Notes: generated from the letters alone by a model not told the origin. Counted from the first letter of the stretch, positions 1-8,108 are shown. The stretch is 24,000 nt of DNA from Aquisalimonas lutea (GCF_030409225.1 NZ_JAUFPK010000007.1:89169-113168), one strand, 5' to 3'. Made by a program: numbers and translations.

Positions 1-411
1 GAGGTGGACATGATCCGCATGGCCCACGGGCTGGACCTGTTCACGACACCGTACGTGTTCAGCGCCGAGGAGGCGACGGCCATGACCGAGGCCGGAGCCG
101 ACATGATCGTGCCGCACATGGGGGTCACCGTGGGCGGGTCCATCGGGGCGACCTCGGCCCGGAGCCTGGACGAATCGGTCCGCCTGATCGACGAATGGGG
201 CGAGGCGGCGCGCCGCGTACGCAAGGATGTGCTGGTGATCTGCCACGGCGGGCCGATCTCGAGTCCCGAGGATGCCGCCTACGTCATGGAGCACAGCGAG
301 CACTGCGACGGCTTCTACGGCGCCAGCAGCATGGAGCGGCTGCCCACGGAGATCGCGCTGACCCGCCAGATCGAGACGTTCAAGGCGATTGGCGGGAGGC
401 GTGTCACCTAG
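1..411 (+). CDS. PEP-hydrolase-like TIM-barrel protein (PF09370-type 'TIM-barrel signal transduction protein'), C-terminal part; 5' end lies outside the window
   Basis: Frame 1 is open from base 1 to TAG 409-411. The translation (..MIVPHMGVTVGGSIGA..VLVICHGGPISSPEDA..GFYGASSMERLP..) matches my memory of this family. No search was run. Confidence 0.65.
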   Translation, partial: EVDMIRMAHGLDLFTTPYVFSAEEATAMTEAGADMIVPHMGVTVGGSIGATSARSLDESVRLIDEWGEAARRVRKDVLVICHGGPISSPEDAAYVMEHSEHCDGFYGASSMERLPTEIALTRQIETFKAIGGRRVT

Positions 412-672
412 GGAAACGCTGAACCATTCCCGCGTGCCTCTGCGCCTCACAGCGGCGTTGTGGCAAGGCGGCATTCGCCGTGAATGGCCGTCGCCCTTTA
501 CAAGAAGGCCAACGCAGACCACAACGCCGCTGGGGAGCGCCCTTCGGGGCCGAGCAGCGCGGGCGCAGCCGGCGTTGCGCCGCGCTGTACTGGCGGTACA
601 GTCAAGCAACGCAACGCCGGCTGCGCCCGCGCTGCTCGGCCAGAGGCGCGCGCGAATGGTTCAGCGTTTCCC
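411..672. repeat. Nested-palindrome intergenic element (REP/BIME- or MITE-like; possibly a bidirectional terminator or structured RNA)
   Basis: Outer arms 411-442 / 641-672 are complementary over 32 bp with 2 mismatches; the tips 411-429 / 654-672 are perfect (GGGAAACGCTGAACCATTC). Inside are perfect inverted repeats 450-463/519-532 (14 bp) and 549-579/610-640 (31 bp). The 31-bp repeat encloses CTGTAC/GTACAG at 585-590/596-601. Checked base by base. Confidence 0.7.
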
Positions 673-680
673 CAGCCGGG

Positions 681-3600
681 TCAGGAGGACCTGGCCAGGT
701 CGCTCGTGTCGCTCGCCGTTGCGGCGCCCTCGCGCGCTTCGGCGAGCTCCAGGAGCACGGATTCCACGGCCTCGCGGTAGTCGCCGGGCTCCGCCCAGAG
801 GCCGCGCTGCATGGCCTCCAGGAAGCGCTCGCCCATCTCGCGCAACGCCTCGCGGTTGTGCGCCTCCAGGAACCGGCGGTTGTCGGCGTCGAAGACCAGC
901 GCATCGCTGACGTTGGCGTACTGGTAGTCGTCGACGATGCCGGTGGTGGCGTCGTAGGCGAACAGGTAGTCGACGCTGGCGGCCATTTCGGCGGCCCCCT
1001 TGTAGCCGTGGCGCTGCATCGCCGCGATCCACTTGGGGTTGGTCACGCGGCTGCGTACCACCCGGTTCAGCTCCTCCTTCAGGGTGCGCACCTTGGGCGC
1101 GGCCGGGTTGCTGTGGTCGTTGTGATACGTGCTTGGGGCCGTGCCGCGCATCTCGCGCACGGCGTTGGTCATGCCGCCCTGGAACTGGTAGTAGTCGTCG
1201 GAATCCAGGATGTCGTGCTCGCGGTTGTCCTGGTTGTGGATGACGGCGTCGAGCTGGCCCAGGCGGTGGGCGAAGGTGTCGAACGCCTCCTCCCCCTCGG
1301 CGTCCTGCCCGTAGGCGTAGCCGCCCCAGTTGATGTAGGCGCGGGCCAGGTCGGCGCCGTCGTCCCAGCAGCGCTCGTCGATCGGCCCCTGCAGGCCGGC
1401 GCCGTAGGCGCCCGGCCTGGAGCCGAAGACCCGGAACGCGGCCTGGCGCCGGGCGCTGTCCGCGTCGGCGCCTTCCGCCTCCAGCGCCTCGCACCGGGCC
1501 TCGACATGGGCGCGGATGGTGTTGCTGTCGCCCGGTTCCCTGAGCCCGGCGAGCTTCTGCACGGCGGCGTCGAACAGGCGAATGACGTTGGGGAAGGCGT
1601 CCCGGAAGAAGCCGGAGACACGCAGGGTGACGTCGATACGCGGGCGGCGGAGCAGGAAGTTGGGCATGACCTCGAAGTCCACCACGCGGTTTGAGCCGGC
1701 GGCCCAGATGGGGCGCACCCCCAGCAGGGCGAAGGCCTGGGCGATGTCGTCGCCGCCGGTACGCATGGTGGCCGTGCCCCACACGGACAGGCCGATCTGC
1801 TCCGGGTACTCGCCGTGCTCCTGGAGGTGGCGGCGCACCAGCGCCTCGGCCGAGGCCTGGCCCAGCTCCCAGGCGGTCTTGGTGGGAATGGCGCGGCTGT
1901 CCACGGCGTAGAAGTTGCGCCCGGTGGGCAGGGTGTCCAGCCGCCCCCGGGTGGGGGCGCCGCTCGGGCCCGGCGGTACGAAACGGCCCGCCAGCCCCGC
2001 CAGGCAGTGATCGATCTCGTCGCCCACGCCCTGCGCCAGCGCGGGGTGGACCACGCGCTGCAGGTGGTCGAGCAGGACCGCGGTGCGGGTCCACTCCGGC
2101 GGCGCGGCCATGCCGTCGTCGTGGCCGAGGACGGTCCCGGCTACCAGCCGGGCGGCCAGGATCTCCAGCCGCTCGCGGGTGTCGTACCCGTGGCGCCAGG
2201 GTTCCTCGCTCACCGCGGCAAGAACCTCCGGTCGGGGCCCGCGCCAGGGAGAGGCGTCCGCTTTCAGCGGATCGAAGTCTCCGTCCAGCCCCAGGTCGGC
2301 GGCGAGCGCGTGCAGCACCCCTGCGTCCTCGGGGGCGTCGCCCCGCGGCAGGCGTACCAGCGCGACCAGGGTGTCGCGCAGGGAACGGGCGGGCGGCAGC
2401 TCGCCGAGGCAGTGCAGGCCGTCGCGGATCTGGGCCTCCTTGATGTCGCAGAGGTAGCCGTCGAGCTGCCGGAGCAGCTCCGCGTCCGGATCCGGATCGG
2501 CGGCCTCGCGGGTGTCCGCCGGGGGCAGCTCCTCGGCGATGTGGCTGGACCGGGCATGGTCGACAATGGCCTGGCGCAGGTGCTCCTCGCGCCGCGGGTC
2601 CAGGCCCAGCGCCTGGTAGTACTCGTCGACCAGGCGTTCCAGCTCCGCGAGCTCGCCGTGGGTCTCCGCCCGCGACAGGGGAGGGGTCATGTGGTCCACG
2701 ATCACCGCCTGGGTGCGGCGCTTGGCCTGGGCGCCTTCGCCGGGGTCGTTGACGATGAACGGGTACAGCTGCGGCATGGCACCCAGCGCGATATCCGGCC
2801 AGCAGTGGTCCGACAGCGCCGTGCCCTTGCCCGGGAGCCACTCCAGGTTGCCGTGCTTGCCGACGTGGACCACGGCCGAGACGCCGTAGACCTCGCGCAG
2901 CCAGCAGTAGAAGGCGAGGTAGCCGTGGGGCGGCACCAGGTCCGGGTCGTGGTAGTTGGCCGAGAGGTCGATGTTGTAGCCGCGGGCCGGCTGGATGCCG
3001 ACAAAGGTCTCGCCCAGGCGCACGCCGGCGACCATCAGGCGGCCGTCGCGGTACTTGGGGTCGGCCTCGGGCTCGCCCCAGCGCGCGCGTACGGCCTGCT
3101 GGCAGGCATCGGGCAGGGTCGCGAACCAGGCCCGGTAGGTCTGCACGTCCAGGCTCTGGTAGCAGGGTGAGGTGTCCAGCGTCTCGGTGCTGTTCGTGAC
3201 GCCGCTTTGCAGGTGCTCGATCAGCGCCGTGGCGTTCTCGGGGAGATCGGCGACCGGATAGCCCGCGGCGGCCATGGCGTGCAGCAGGGTGAGCGTGGAC
3301 TGTGGCGTGTCCAGCCCGACCCCGTTGCCGATGCGGCCGTCCCGCGTGGGGTAGTTGGCGAGGACCAGGGCGATGCGCTTGGCGTCATTGGGCTGGCTGC
3401 GAAGCAGGCACCAGCGCCGCGCCAGCGTGGCGACGAAGCGCGCGCGCTCGGGGTGGAGCTCGTAGCGCACGACGTCGAGCTGGCAGCGCTCGCTGTAGCG
3501 GCTGGCGCTCTTGAAGCTGACGGCGCGGGTGATGATGCGCCCGTCCAGCTCGGGCAGGGCGATGTGCATGGCGATGTCCCGCCCGCGCAGGCCCTGGGTG

Positions 3601-4538
3601 TGCTCCTGCCAGTCGTCCCGGGTGCAGCTGGCGATGATGAGCTGCAGCAGCGGCATGTCCCGGCTGAACGGCGAGGTGCGGGCGCCGGAGTGCGAGCTCA
3701 TGGCGGCGTCGCCGCCGGCCTGCAGGGCGAAGCCGGTGGTGTTGAGCAGGATGTCGGCGCCGCCTTCCCGGGCCAGGGCGTTGACCGCCTCCAGGCAGGC
3801 ATCCTCCTTCAGGGAGGCCACCGCCACTGGCAGGGGGTTGAGGCCGGACTCCTGCAGCACCGCGATCAGCCCGTCGAACATGTCCATGTTCGCCGCCTGC
3901 AGGTGGCTGCGGTAGAACAGGACAAGCGCCACGGGGGCGCCCAGCTGCCAGTCGGCGTGCCAGTCCCCGAGTTCCACCCGGCCGTGGTCGGGGTGGTAGA
4001 CCAGCGTCCGCGGCAGCACCCGGGGCTCCATCCAGGCATCGTCACGGCCCAGGCATGCGGCGCCCAGGTAGCGATACAGCGCCGCGGCGTTGGCGTCGCC
4101 GCCCTCGCGCAGGTACTGCCAGACACGCCGCGCCGTGGCCTCGTCCACCGTGCCGCCGGTGAGCAGCTCGGCATCCTCGCTGTCGTCGCCGGGAACCACG
4201 ATCAGGGTGCGGTCGTCGCCGCCGGCCGCCCACTCCTGGAGCTGCTCCAGGCCGTAGGGCCAGTAGGCGCTGCCGCCGAGCAGGGAGACCACCACCACGC
4301 GGGCGTGATCGATGACCTTGTGGCGGTACAGGTCCAGGGCGGCGGGCTGGGTCAGGTTGAGCCAGTTGGCGAGCCGCACGCCGGGGTAGTCCTCCGGCAG
4401 GTCCTCGGCGGCGTCGGCGAGCAGCCCGAGGGTGCCGTCCGCCGCGGCGAGGATCACCAGCTCCCCCGGGCTCTGCGCCAGGTCGACGATGCCCTGCTCG
4501 TCGTTGAAGCCGCCGGGCTGGGCCGAGAGCATGTGCAT
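681..4538 (-). CDS. cobN: Cobaltochelatase large subunit CobN (aerobic-type cobalt chelatase, CobN/BchH family)
   Basis: 1285-aa ORF. ATG 4538 lies 12 nt after the cobW stop, with GGAG in between. Size and sequence are typical of CobN. It is last in an operon with cobW and a ChlD-type ATPase behind a B12 riboswitch. Confidence 0.93.
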   Translation of the reverse strand: MHMLSAQPGGFNDEQGIVDLAQSPGELVILAAADGTLGLLADAAEDLPEDYPGVRLANWLNLTQPAALDLYRHKVIDHARVVVVSLLGGSAYWPYGLEQLQEWAAGGDDRTLIVVPGDDSEDAELLTGGTVDEATARRVWQYLREGGDANAAALYRYLGAACLGRDDAWMEPRVLPRTLVYHPDHGRVELGDWHADWQLGAPVALVLFYRSHLQAANMDMFDGLIAVLQESGLNPLPVAVASLKEDACLEAVNALAREGGADILLNTTGFALQAGGDAAMSSHSGARTSPFSRDMPLLQLIIASCTRDDWQEHTQGLRGRDIAMHIALPELDGRIITRAVSFKSASRYSERCQLDVVRYELHPERARFVATLARRWCLLRSQPNDAKRIALVLANYPTRDGRIGNGVGLDTPQSTLTLLHAMAAAGYPVADLPENATALIEHLQSGVTNSTETLDTSPCYQSLDVQTYRAWFATLPDACQQAVRARWGEPEADPKYRDGRLMVAGVRLGETFVGIQPARGYNIDLSANYHDPDLVPPHGYLAFYCWLREVYGVSAVVHVGKHGNLEWLPGKGTALSDHCWPDIALGAMPQLYPFIVNDPGEGAQAKRRTQAVIVDHMTPPLSRAETHGELAELERLVDEYYQALGLDPRREEHLRQAIVDHARSSHIAEELPPADTREAADPDPDAELLRQLDGYLCDIKEAQIRDGLHCLGELPPARSLRDTLVALVRLPRGDAPEDAGVLHALAADLGLDGDFDPLKADASPWRGPRPEVLAAVSEEPWRHGYDTRERLEILAARLVAGTVLGHDDGMAAPPEWTRTAVLLDHLQRVVHPALAQGVGDEIDHCLAGLAGRFVPPGPSGAPTRGRLDTLPTGRNFYAVDSRAIPTKTAWELGQASAEALVRRHLQEHGEYPEQIGLSVWGTATMRTGGDDIAQAFALLGVRPIWAAGSNRVVDFEVMPNFLLRRPRIDVTLRVSGFFRDAFPNVIRLFDAAVQKLAGLREPGDSNTIRAHVEARCEALEAEGADADSARRQAAFRVFGSRPGAYGAGLQGPIDERCWDDGADLARAYINWGGYAYGQDAEGEEAFDTFAHRLGQLDAVIHNQDNREHDILDSDDYYQFQGGMTNAVREMRGTAPSTYHNDHSNPAAPKVRTLKEELNRVVRSRVTNPKWIAAMQRHGYKGAAEMAASVDYLFAYDATTGIVDDYQYANVSDALVFDADNRRFLEAHNREALREMGERFLEAMQRGLWAEPGDYREAVESVLLELAEAREGAATASDTSDLARSS

Positions 4539-4550
4539 GGCGGGCTCCGG

Positions 4551-5612
4551 TCAGGCCTCCGCGGCCGCGAGCTCGCGCTGCAGCTGCTCGCGGTCGAGCT
4601 CACGGCCGATGACCACCAGCCGTGTCTCGGGGACCTCGTCGGGCTCCCACGGGCGATCGAAGTAGCACGCGGCCCGTTCGCCGACCATCTGTACCACCTG
4701 CCGCATGGGCTTGCCCGTGGCGGCGAACCCCTTGACGCGGTAGATGGCATGGTCGGCGATCAGGGCGCGCATGCGCTCCAGCAGCCGGTCGCTGTCCACG
4801 GTGCCGAGGCGCACCACGCAGTTGTCGAAATGGTCGTGGGCGTGGCCGTGCTCCTCGCCTTCGGCGTGATGGCGGTCGTGGTGGGTCTCCACGGACTCGA
4901 TGCGCGCCTCGGTGGCGGCGTCCAGGCCCATCAGGAGCTCGCTGTCCACCTCGCCGTGGCTGACGAACAGGATCTTCACCGGCTCCGGCAGGTGGTGCCG
5001 AACGGCGGCGGTGACCCGTTCCCGGTCCCCGTCCGCGAGCTGGTCGCTCTTGCTTACGATGACCAGGTCCGCGGAGCCGAGCTGATCCTCCAGCAGCTCG
5101 CGCAGGGTGGGGTCGTGGTCCAGGCTGTCGTCGGCGAGGCGCTGGCGCTCGACGCGCTCGGGGTCGCTGGCGTAGCGGCCGGCGGCCACGGCCGGGCCGT
5201 CCACCACGGAGATGACGGAGTCCACGGTGCAGTGCTCACGGACCCCGGGCCAGTTGAACGCCTGCACCAGGGGCTTCGGCAGGGCCAGCCCCGAGGTCTC
5301 GATGAGGATGTGGTCGATGCGGTCGCGCTGCTCGATGAGCTTGCGCATCACGGGCACGAACTCCTCCTCGACGGTGCAGCAGATACAGCCGTTGGCGAGC
5401 TCGTAGATGCCGTCGCCGCGATCGGTCCCGTCGGCGCAGTCCAGCGGACAGCCGCGGAGGAGCTCGGCGTCCATGTCCATCTCGCCGAACTCGTTGACGA
5501 TCACGGCGATGCGCTTGCCGTTGGCATTGCGGAGCATGTTGGCGAGCAAGGTGGTCTTGCCGCTGCCGAGAAAGCCGGTGACGACGGTGGCGTGGATCTT
5601 GTCGAGTTGCAT
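4551..5612 (-). CDS. cobW: CobW, G3E-family (COG0523) metallochaperone GTPase
   Basis: I moved the start to ATG 5612 (MQLDKIHATVV.., GGAGTG about 10 nt upstream) from the track's 5753. It has the P-loop GFLGSGKTTLL, the CxCC metal motif GCICCTV and a His-rich stretch HHDRHHAEGEEHGHAHDH. Confidence 0.9.
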   Translation of the reverse strand: MQLDKIHATVVTGFLGSGKTTLLANMLRNANGKRIAVIVNEFGEMDMDAELLRGCPLDCADGTDRGDGIYELANGCICCTVEEEFVPVMRKLIEQRDRIDHILIETSGLALPKPLVQAFNWPGVREHCTVDSVISVVDGPAVAAGRYASDPERVERQRLADDSLDHDPTLRELLEDQLGSADLVIVSKSDQLADGDRERVTAAVRHHLPEPVKILFVSHGEVDSELLMGLDAATEARIESVETHHDRHHAEGEEHGHAHDHFDNCVVRLGTVDSDRLLERMRALIADHAIYRVKGFAATGKPMRQVVQMVGERAACYFDRPWEPDEVPETRLVVIGRELDREQLQRELAAAEA

Positions 5613-5641
5613 GATGCGGTTCACTCCGTGGGTGATGGCCG

Positions 5642-7387
5642 TCAGGGTGTCGGGGCGGCGCGGGCGAGTGGTACGTACTGGCCGCCCAGCGCCCGCGCGA
5701 TCTCGCGGCAGCGACCGAGCGGCACGCGGGCCCGCTCGGTGTCGACGACCCACAGCGGTGCGTCCAGCTCGATGTCCGCCACGGCCTGGCGGCTGAGGCC
5801 GTCGGTGAGCAGGTAGAAGCGGCCGCTGAGTTGCGGTTCCTGGCGGCGCAGCCGCGCCAGGCGGTCGCGGGCCGCCAGCAGCGCCCCGCGCAGCGGTGTG
5901 CCGCCCCCGGCCGGGAGCCCGGTCAGGTAGGGCGTGCAGTCCTTCGGCGCGCGGCGCGGCGTGAGCAGCCAGCGGTGGCCGTCGTTGCCGAACGCCAGGA
6001 TGGCTAGCTGCTCACGGGCGTGGTAGGCGCGTTCCGCGATACCCAGGACTACCGCCTCGGCCTCCGCCAGGGCGCGGTTGTCCAGGGTGGAGCCGGATGT
6101 ATCCAGCAGCACGCAATTCAGCGTCGCGGCGGCGCGCCGGGCCGGCCGGTAGTGGATGGGCGGCGCCGATCCCTCCGGGGCAAGCCGGTGGCCGGCGACG
6201 GTGCGGAACCAGTCCACGCGCCGCGGATCGGGCCCCCGGCCCGGGGTGCCGCGGCGGCTTTCCCGGGCACCGCGGTGGCGCTCGGCACTGGGCGTCGTCG
6301 GCACGCCGGGCGGTGCGGGACGGGGGCGGGGATCGACGGGGGCGGTGTGAGCGGGCAGGGAGCGCCGCCCGGCCGGGCTCACCGCCCGCGGCGGCATGCC
6401 GCCCCAGTCGCCGGCCGGCCCGCCTTGACCGCCGTCGGCCCCGCCGCTCCCGGAGTCGCTGTCGTCGTCGCCGTCCCGTTGGCCCGGCGGGGGGGCGTCG
6501 GGCGTGTCGGGGGCGGCGGCATCGTTGCGCCGCCGGTGGCTCAGAACGAGCTCGGCGACGGCGTCCACGTCGCTTCCGGTAACGGTGTCGCGCCCCTGCC
6601 ACGCGGCGTGCGCGGCCGCGGCCTTGCGCCAGGTGATGTCCGCGCGTACGCCGTCCACGTCCGCAGCCAGGCAGCGCTCGACGATGCGGGTCTCGAGCTC
6701 CTCGGGACAGTCCACGCCGGGGTAGGCGGCCCGGGCGCCGTCGAGCTGCCGGCGCAGAGCTGCCTGCGCGTCGGCGTAGCGCTCGACGAACGCCTGCGGG
6801 TCGTGCTCGAAGGCGACGCGCTGGCGCATGATGGCGGTGCGCTCGGCGACGTCGACGGGGTTCGTCATTTCCACCGCCAGCCCGAAGCGATCCAGCAGCT
6901 GCGGGCGCAGCTCGCCCTCGTCCGGATTCATCGTGCCGATCAGCAGGAACTCGGCGGCGTGGCTGTGGCTGATGCCGTCGCGCTCCACGCGGTTCACCCC
7001 CGAGGCGGCCACGTCGAGCAGCGAGTCGACGAGCGGGTCGGGCAGGAGATTGACCTCGTCGATGTAGAGCACGCCGCCGTGGGCGCGTGCCAGCAGGCCG
7101 GGGCTGAACGCGACGGAGCGTTCGTCCAGCGCTTTCTGGAGGTCGAGGCTGCCGATGAGCTGCTCCTCGGTGGCCCCCAGGGGCAGGGTGACGAAGCGCT
7201 CCGCCGTACCCGGGTGCACGTCGGCGAGGCCGCGGGCCAGGGTGGACTTGGCACAGCCCCGGGGGCCGCTGATCATGACGCCGCCCAGCGCCGGCGCGAT
7301 GGTCGCCAGGATCAGTGCCGTCTTCAGGGCCTCCTGGCCGACCACGGCGGTGAAGGGAAAGGCGGGACGCTGGGTCGCGGTGGTCAT
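5642..7387 (-). CDS. ChlD/BchD-type chelatase subunit: AAA+ ATPase domain - acidic/Pro-rich linker - vWA domain (functional CobS/CobT counterpart)
   Basis: I moved the start to ATG 7387 (MTTATQRPAFPFTAVVGQEALK..). N-terminal ChlI-like domain: Walker A-like GPRGCAKST, Walker B VLYIDEVNLL, and GTMNPDEGELRPQLLDRF. Linker: ..PPPGQRDGDDDSDSGSGGADGG... C-terminal vWA domain with MIDAS DTSGS (VLLDTSGST). Confidence 0.85.
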   Translation of the reverse strand: MTTATQRPAFPFTAVVGQEALKTALILATIAPALGGVMISGPRGCAKSTLARGLADVHPGTAERFVTLPLGATEEQLIGSLDLQKALDERSVAFSPGLLARAHGGVLYIDEVNLLPDPLVDSLLDVAASGVNRVERDGISHSHAAEFLLIGTMNPDEGELRPQLLDRFGLAVEMTNPVDVAERTAIMRQRVAFEHDPQAFVERYADAQAALRRQLDGARAAYPGVDCPEELETRIVERCLAADVDGVRADITWRKAAAAHAAWQGRDTVTGSDVDAVAELVLSHRRRNDAAAPDTPDAPPPGQRDGDDDSDSGSGGADGGQGGPAGDWGGMPPRAVSPAGRRSLPAHTAPVDPRPRPAPPGVPTTPSAERHRGARESRRGTPGRGPDPRRVDWFRTVAGHRLAPEGSAPPIHYRPARRAAATLNCVLLDTSGSTLDNRALAEAEAVVLGIAERAYHAREQLAILAFGNDGHRWLLTPRRAPKDCTPYLTGLPAGGGTPLRGALLAARDRLARLRRQEPQLSGRFYLLTDGLSRQAVADIELDAPLWVVDTERARVPLGRCREIARALGGQYVPLARAAPTP

Positions 7388-7535
7388 GGGCGCGTTCCGT
7401 ACACGCGGGCGAGCACCCGGTGCGAACCACGGCGGCAGCGTTGGCTGCGATGCCGGCGGACGGCCGGCGGGGCGGTCGAGCTGGATGGCATGACAACTCC
7501 CCTGCGCACTCACCCGTGCGCTCGCTGGTGGATGG

Positions 7536-7721
7536 GCTCAAGGCCGGTCTCCGGGCTTACGAGCGACAGCGTCTTGTGTCCGCGCCTTCCCGTCCGGGGA
7601 CAGTGGCGTCAGCGAACACGGAACTCGATCACCGTTGCGGGGGCAGCAGTGGCCTTGTGCGCCGGACCCGGTGCACGCACCACATTTCCCGATTCTCTGC
7701 CGCATGGGCAGCACCTTGAAC
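7536..7721 (-). promoter_or_regulatory. Cobalamin (AdoCbl) riboswitch aptamer, leader of the chlD-type/cobW/cobN operon
   Basis: The minus-strand RNA reads GUUCAAGGUGC..AGAGAAUCGGGAAAUGUGGUGCG..GCUGCCCCCGCAACGGUGA..GCCACUG..GGGAAGGC..GUAAGCCCGGAGACCGGCCUUGAGC. The B12 box AGCCCGGAGACCGGCC is at 7542-7557. P1 is GUUCAA/UUGAGC. Confidence 0.9.
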
Positions 7722-7726
7722 GGCGG

Positions 7727-7755
7727 ATTGTAGATCCGGGGTGTCGGAGGGTCAA
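7727..7755 (-). promoter_or_regulatory. Sigma70-type promoter for the riboswitch/cob operon transcript
   Basis: The minus strand reads TTGACC (7755-7750), a 17-nt spacer, then TACAAT (7732-7727). The predicted start is about 6-7 nt downstream, which coincides with the first base of riboswitch helix P1 (7721). Confidence 0.55.
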
Positions 7756-7781
7756 CGCGGCCGCCCCCAGGGCGGTGCGGC

Positions 7782-7810
7782 TTGACACCCGCCGCGGGGT
7801 GGGGCAGGTT
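7782..7810 (+). promoter_or_regulatory. Candidate promoter for the hupE riboswitch transcript
   Basis: TTGACA at 7782-7787, a 17-nt spacer, then a weak -10 CAGGTT at 7805-7810. The predicted start is just before P1 of the plus-strand riboswitch (7815). The -10 is poor. Confidence 0.35.
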
Positions 7811-7814
7811 GGTT

Positions 7815-8001
7815 CGCGCATGGTGCGCCGGCGGCCGTTCGCCGGCGCGGATATGGGAATGTGGTGCGACCCCTGTGCCGGGTCAATGCCACAGCCGCCC
7901 CCGCGACTGTAAGCGGTGAGTGCCCGTCCGTAGCCACTGGCGATACGCCGGGAAGGGGACGACGCACGCTGACCCGCGAGCCAGGAGACCAGCCATGCGC
8001 G
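7815..8001 (+). promoter_or_regulatory. Cobalamin (AdoCbl) riboswitch aptamer, leader of hupE
   Basis: P1 is CGCGCAU (7815-7821) / AUGCGCG (7995-8001). Conserved blocks: GGUGC, GAUAUGGGAAUGUGGUGCGA, CAGCCGCCCCCGCGACUGUAAGCGG, GCCACUGG, GGGAAGG. The B12 box AGCCAGGAGACCAGCC is at 7979-7994. Confidence 0.9.
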
Positions 8002-8108
8002 TCCCCATTCGGGGCGGGACCGGTAACGGACGGGGTGTGCCGTGAGCGGAAAAGGGAATCTCCCAATCTGCCGCCCAACACCCCCGTATCACTCGAACAA
8101 ACACGGGG

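Noticed and set aside
549-640. Reading the 31-bp-arm palindrome as an integron attC site
   Set aside because: There is no GTTRRRY/RYYYAAC core pair at the arm ends, no extrahelical-base asymmetry (the arms are perfect) and no integrase or cassette structure nearby.
484-904. Mirror-image ORFs 484-780 (plus) and 602-904 (minus) inside the palindromic element
   Set aside because: They arise from the inverted-repeat symmetry itself and run into the cobN antisense or coding sequence. They have no SD and no plausible protein features.
5613-5753. Upstream extensions offered by the ORF track for several genes: cobW to 5753, chelatase to 7513, permease from 9834, NMO to 17591, osmC to 20546, isomerase from 19842, GGDEF/EAL to 23961, DUF4168 from 15151
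   Set aside because: In each case the extension is low-complexity or overlaps the neighbouring gene or a regulatory element. An internal ATG, usually with an SD, begins exactly where family-typical N-terminal sequence starts.
661-5816. Long ORFs overlapping cobN/cobW in other frames or antisense (661-2841 minus, 480-1694 plus, 1815-3170 plus, 3207-5816 plus)
   Set aside because: Their translations are Arg/Pro/Gly/Ala-rich and low in complexity, with no recognisable domains. They fully overlap genes with clear family identity. Such shadow ORFs are expected in very GC-rich DNA because stop codons are rare.
6317-6342. G-quadruplex motif GGG-AC-GGGGG-C-GGGG-ATCGAC-GGGGG on the template strand of the chelatase linker region
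   Set aside because: It encodes the Pro-rich linker (CCN codons) on the other strand. G4-type motifs are expected at high frequency in DNA this GC-rich, and nothing points to a specific function.
6012-7912. Long ORFs 6012-7541 (minus) and 6020-7912 (plus) across the chelatase gene and the riboswitch region
   Set aside because: These have the same GC-driven artefact composition. They run through two well-supported riboswitch aptamers and a promoter region.
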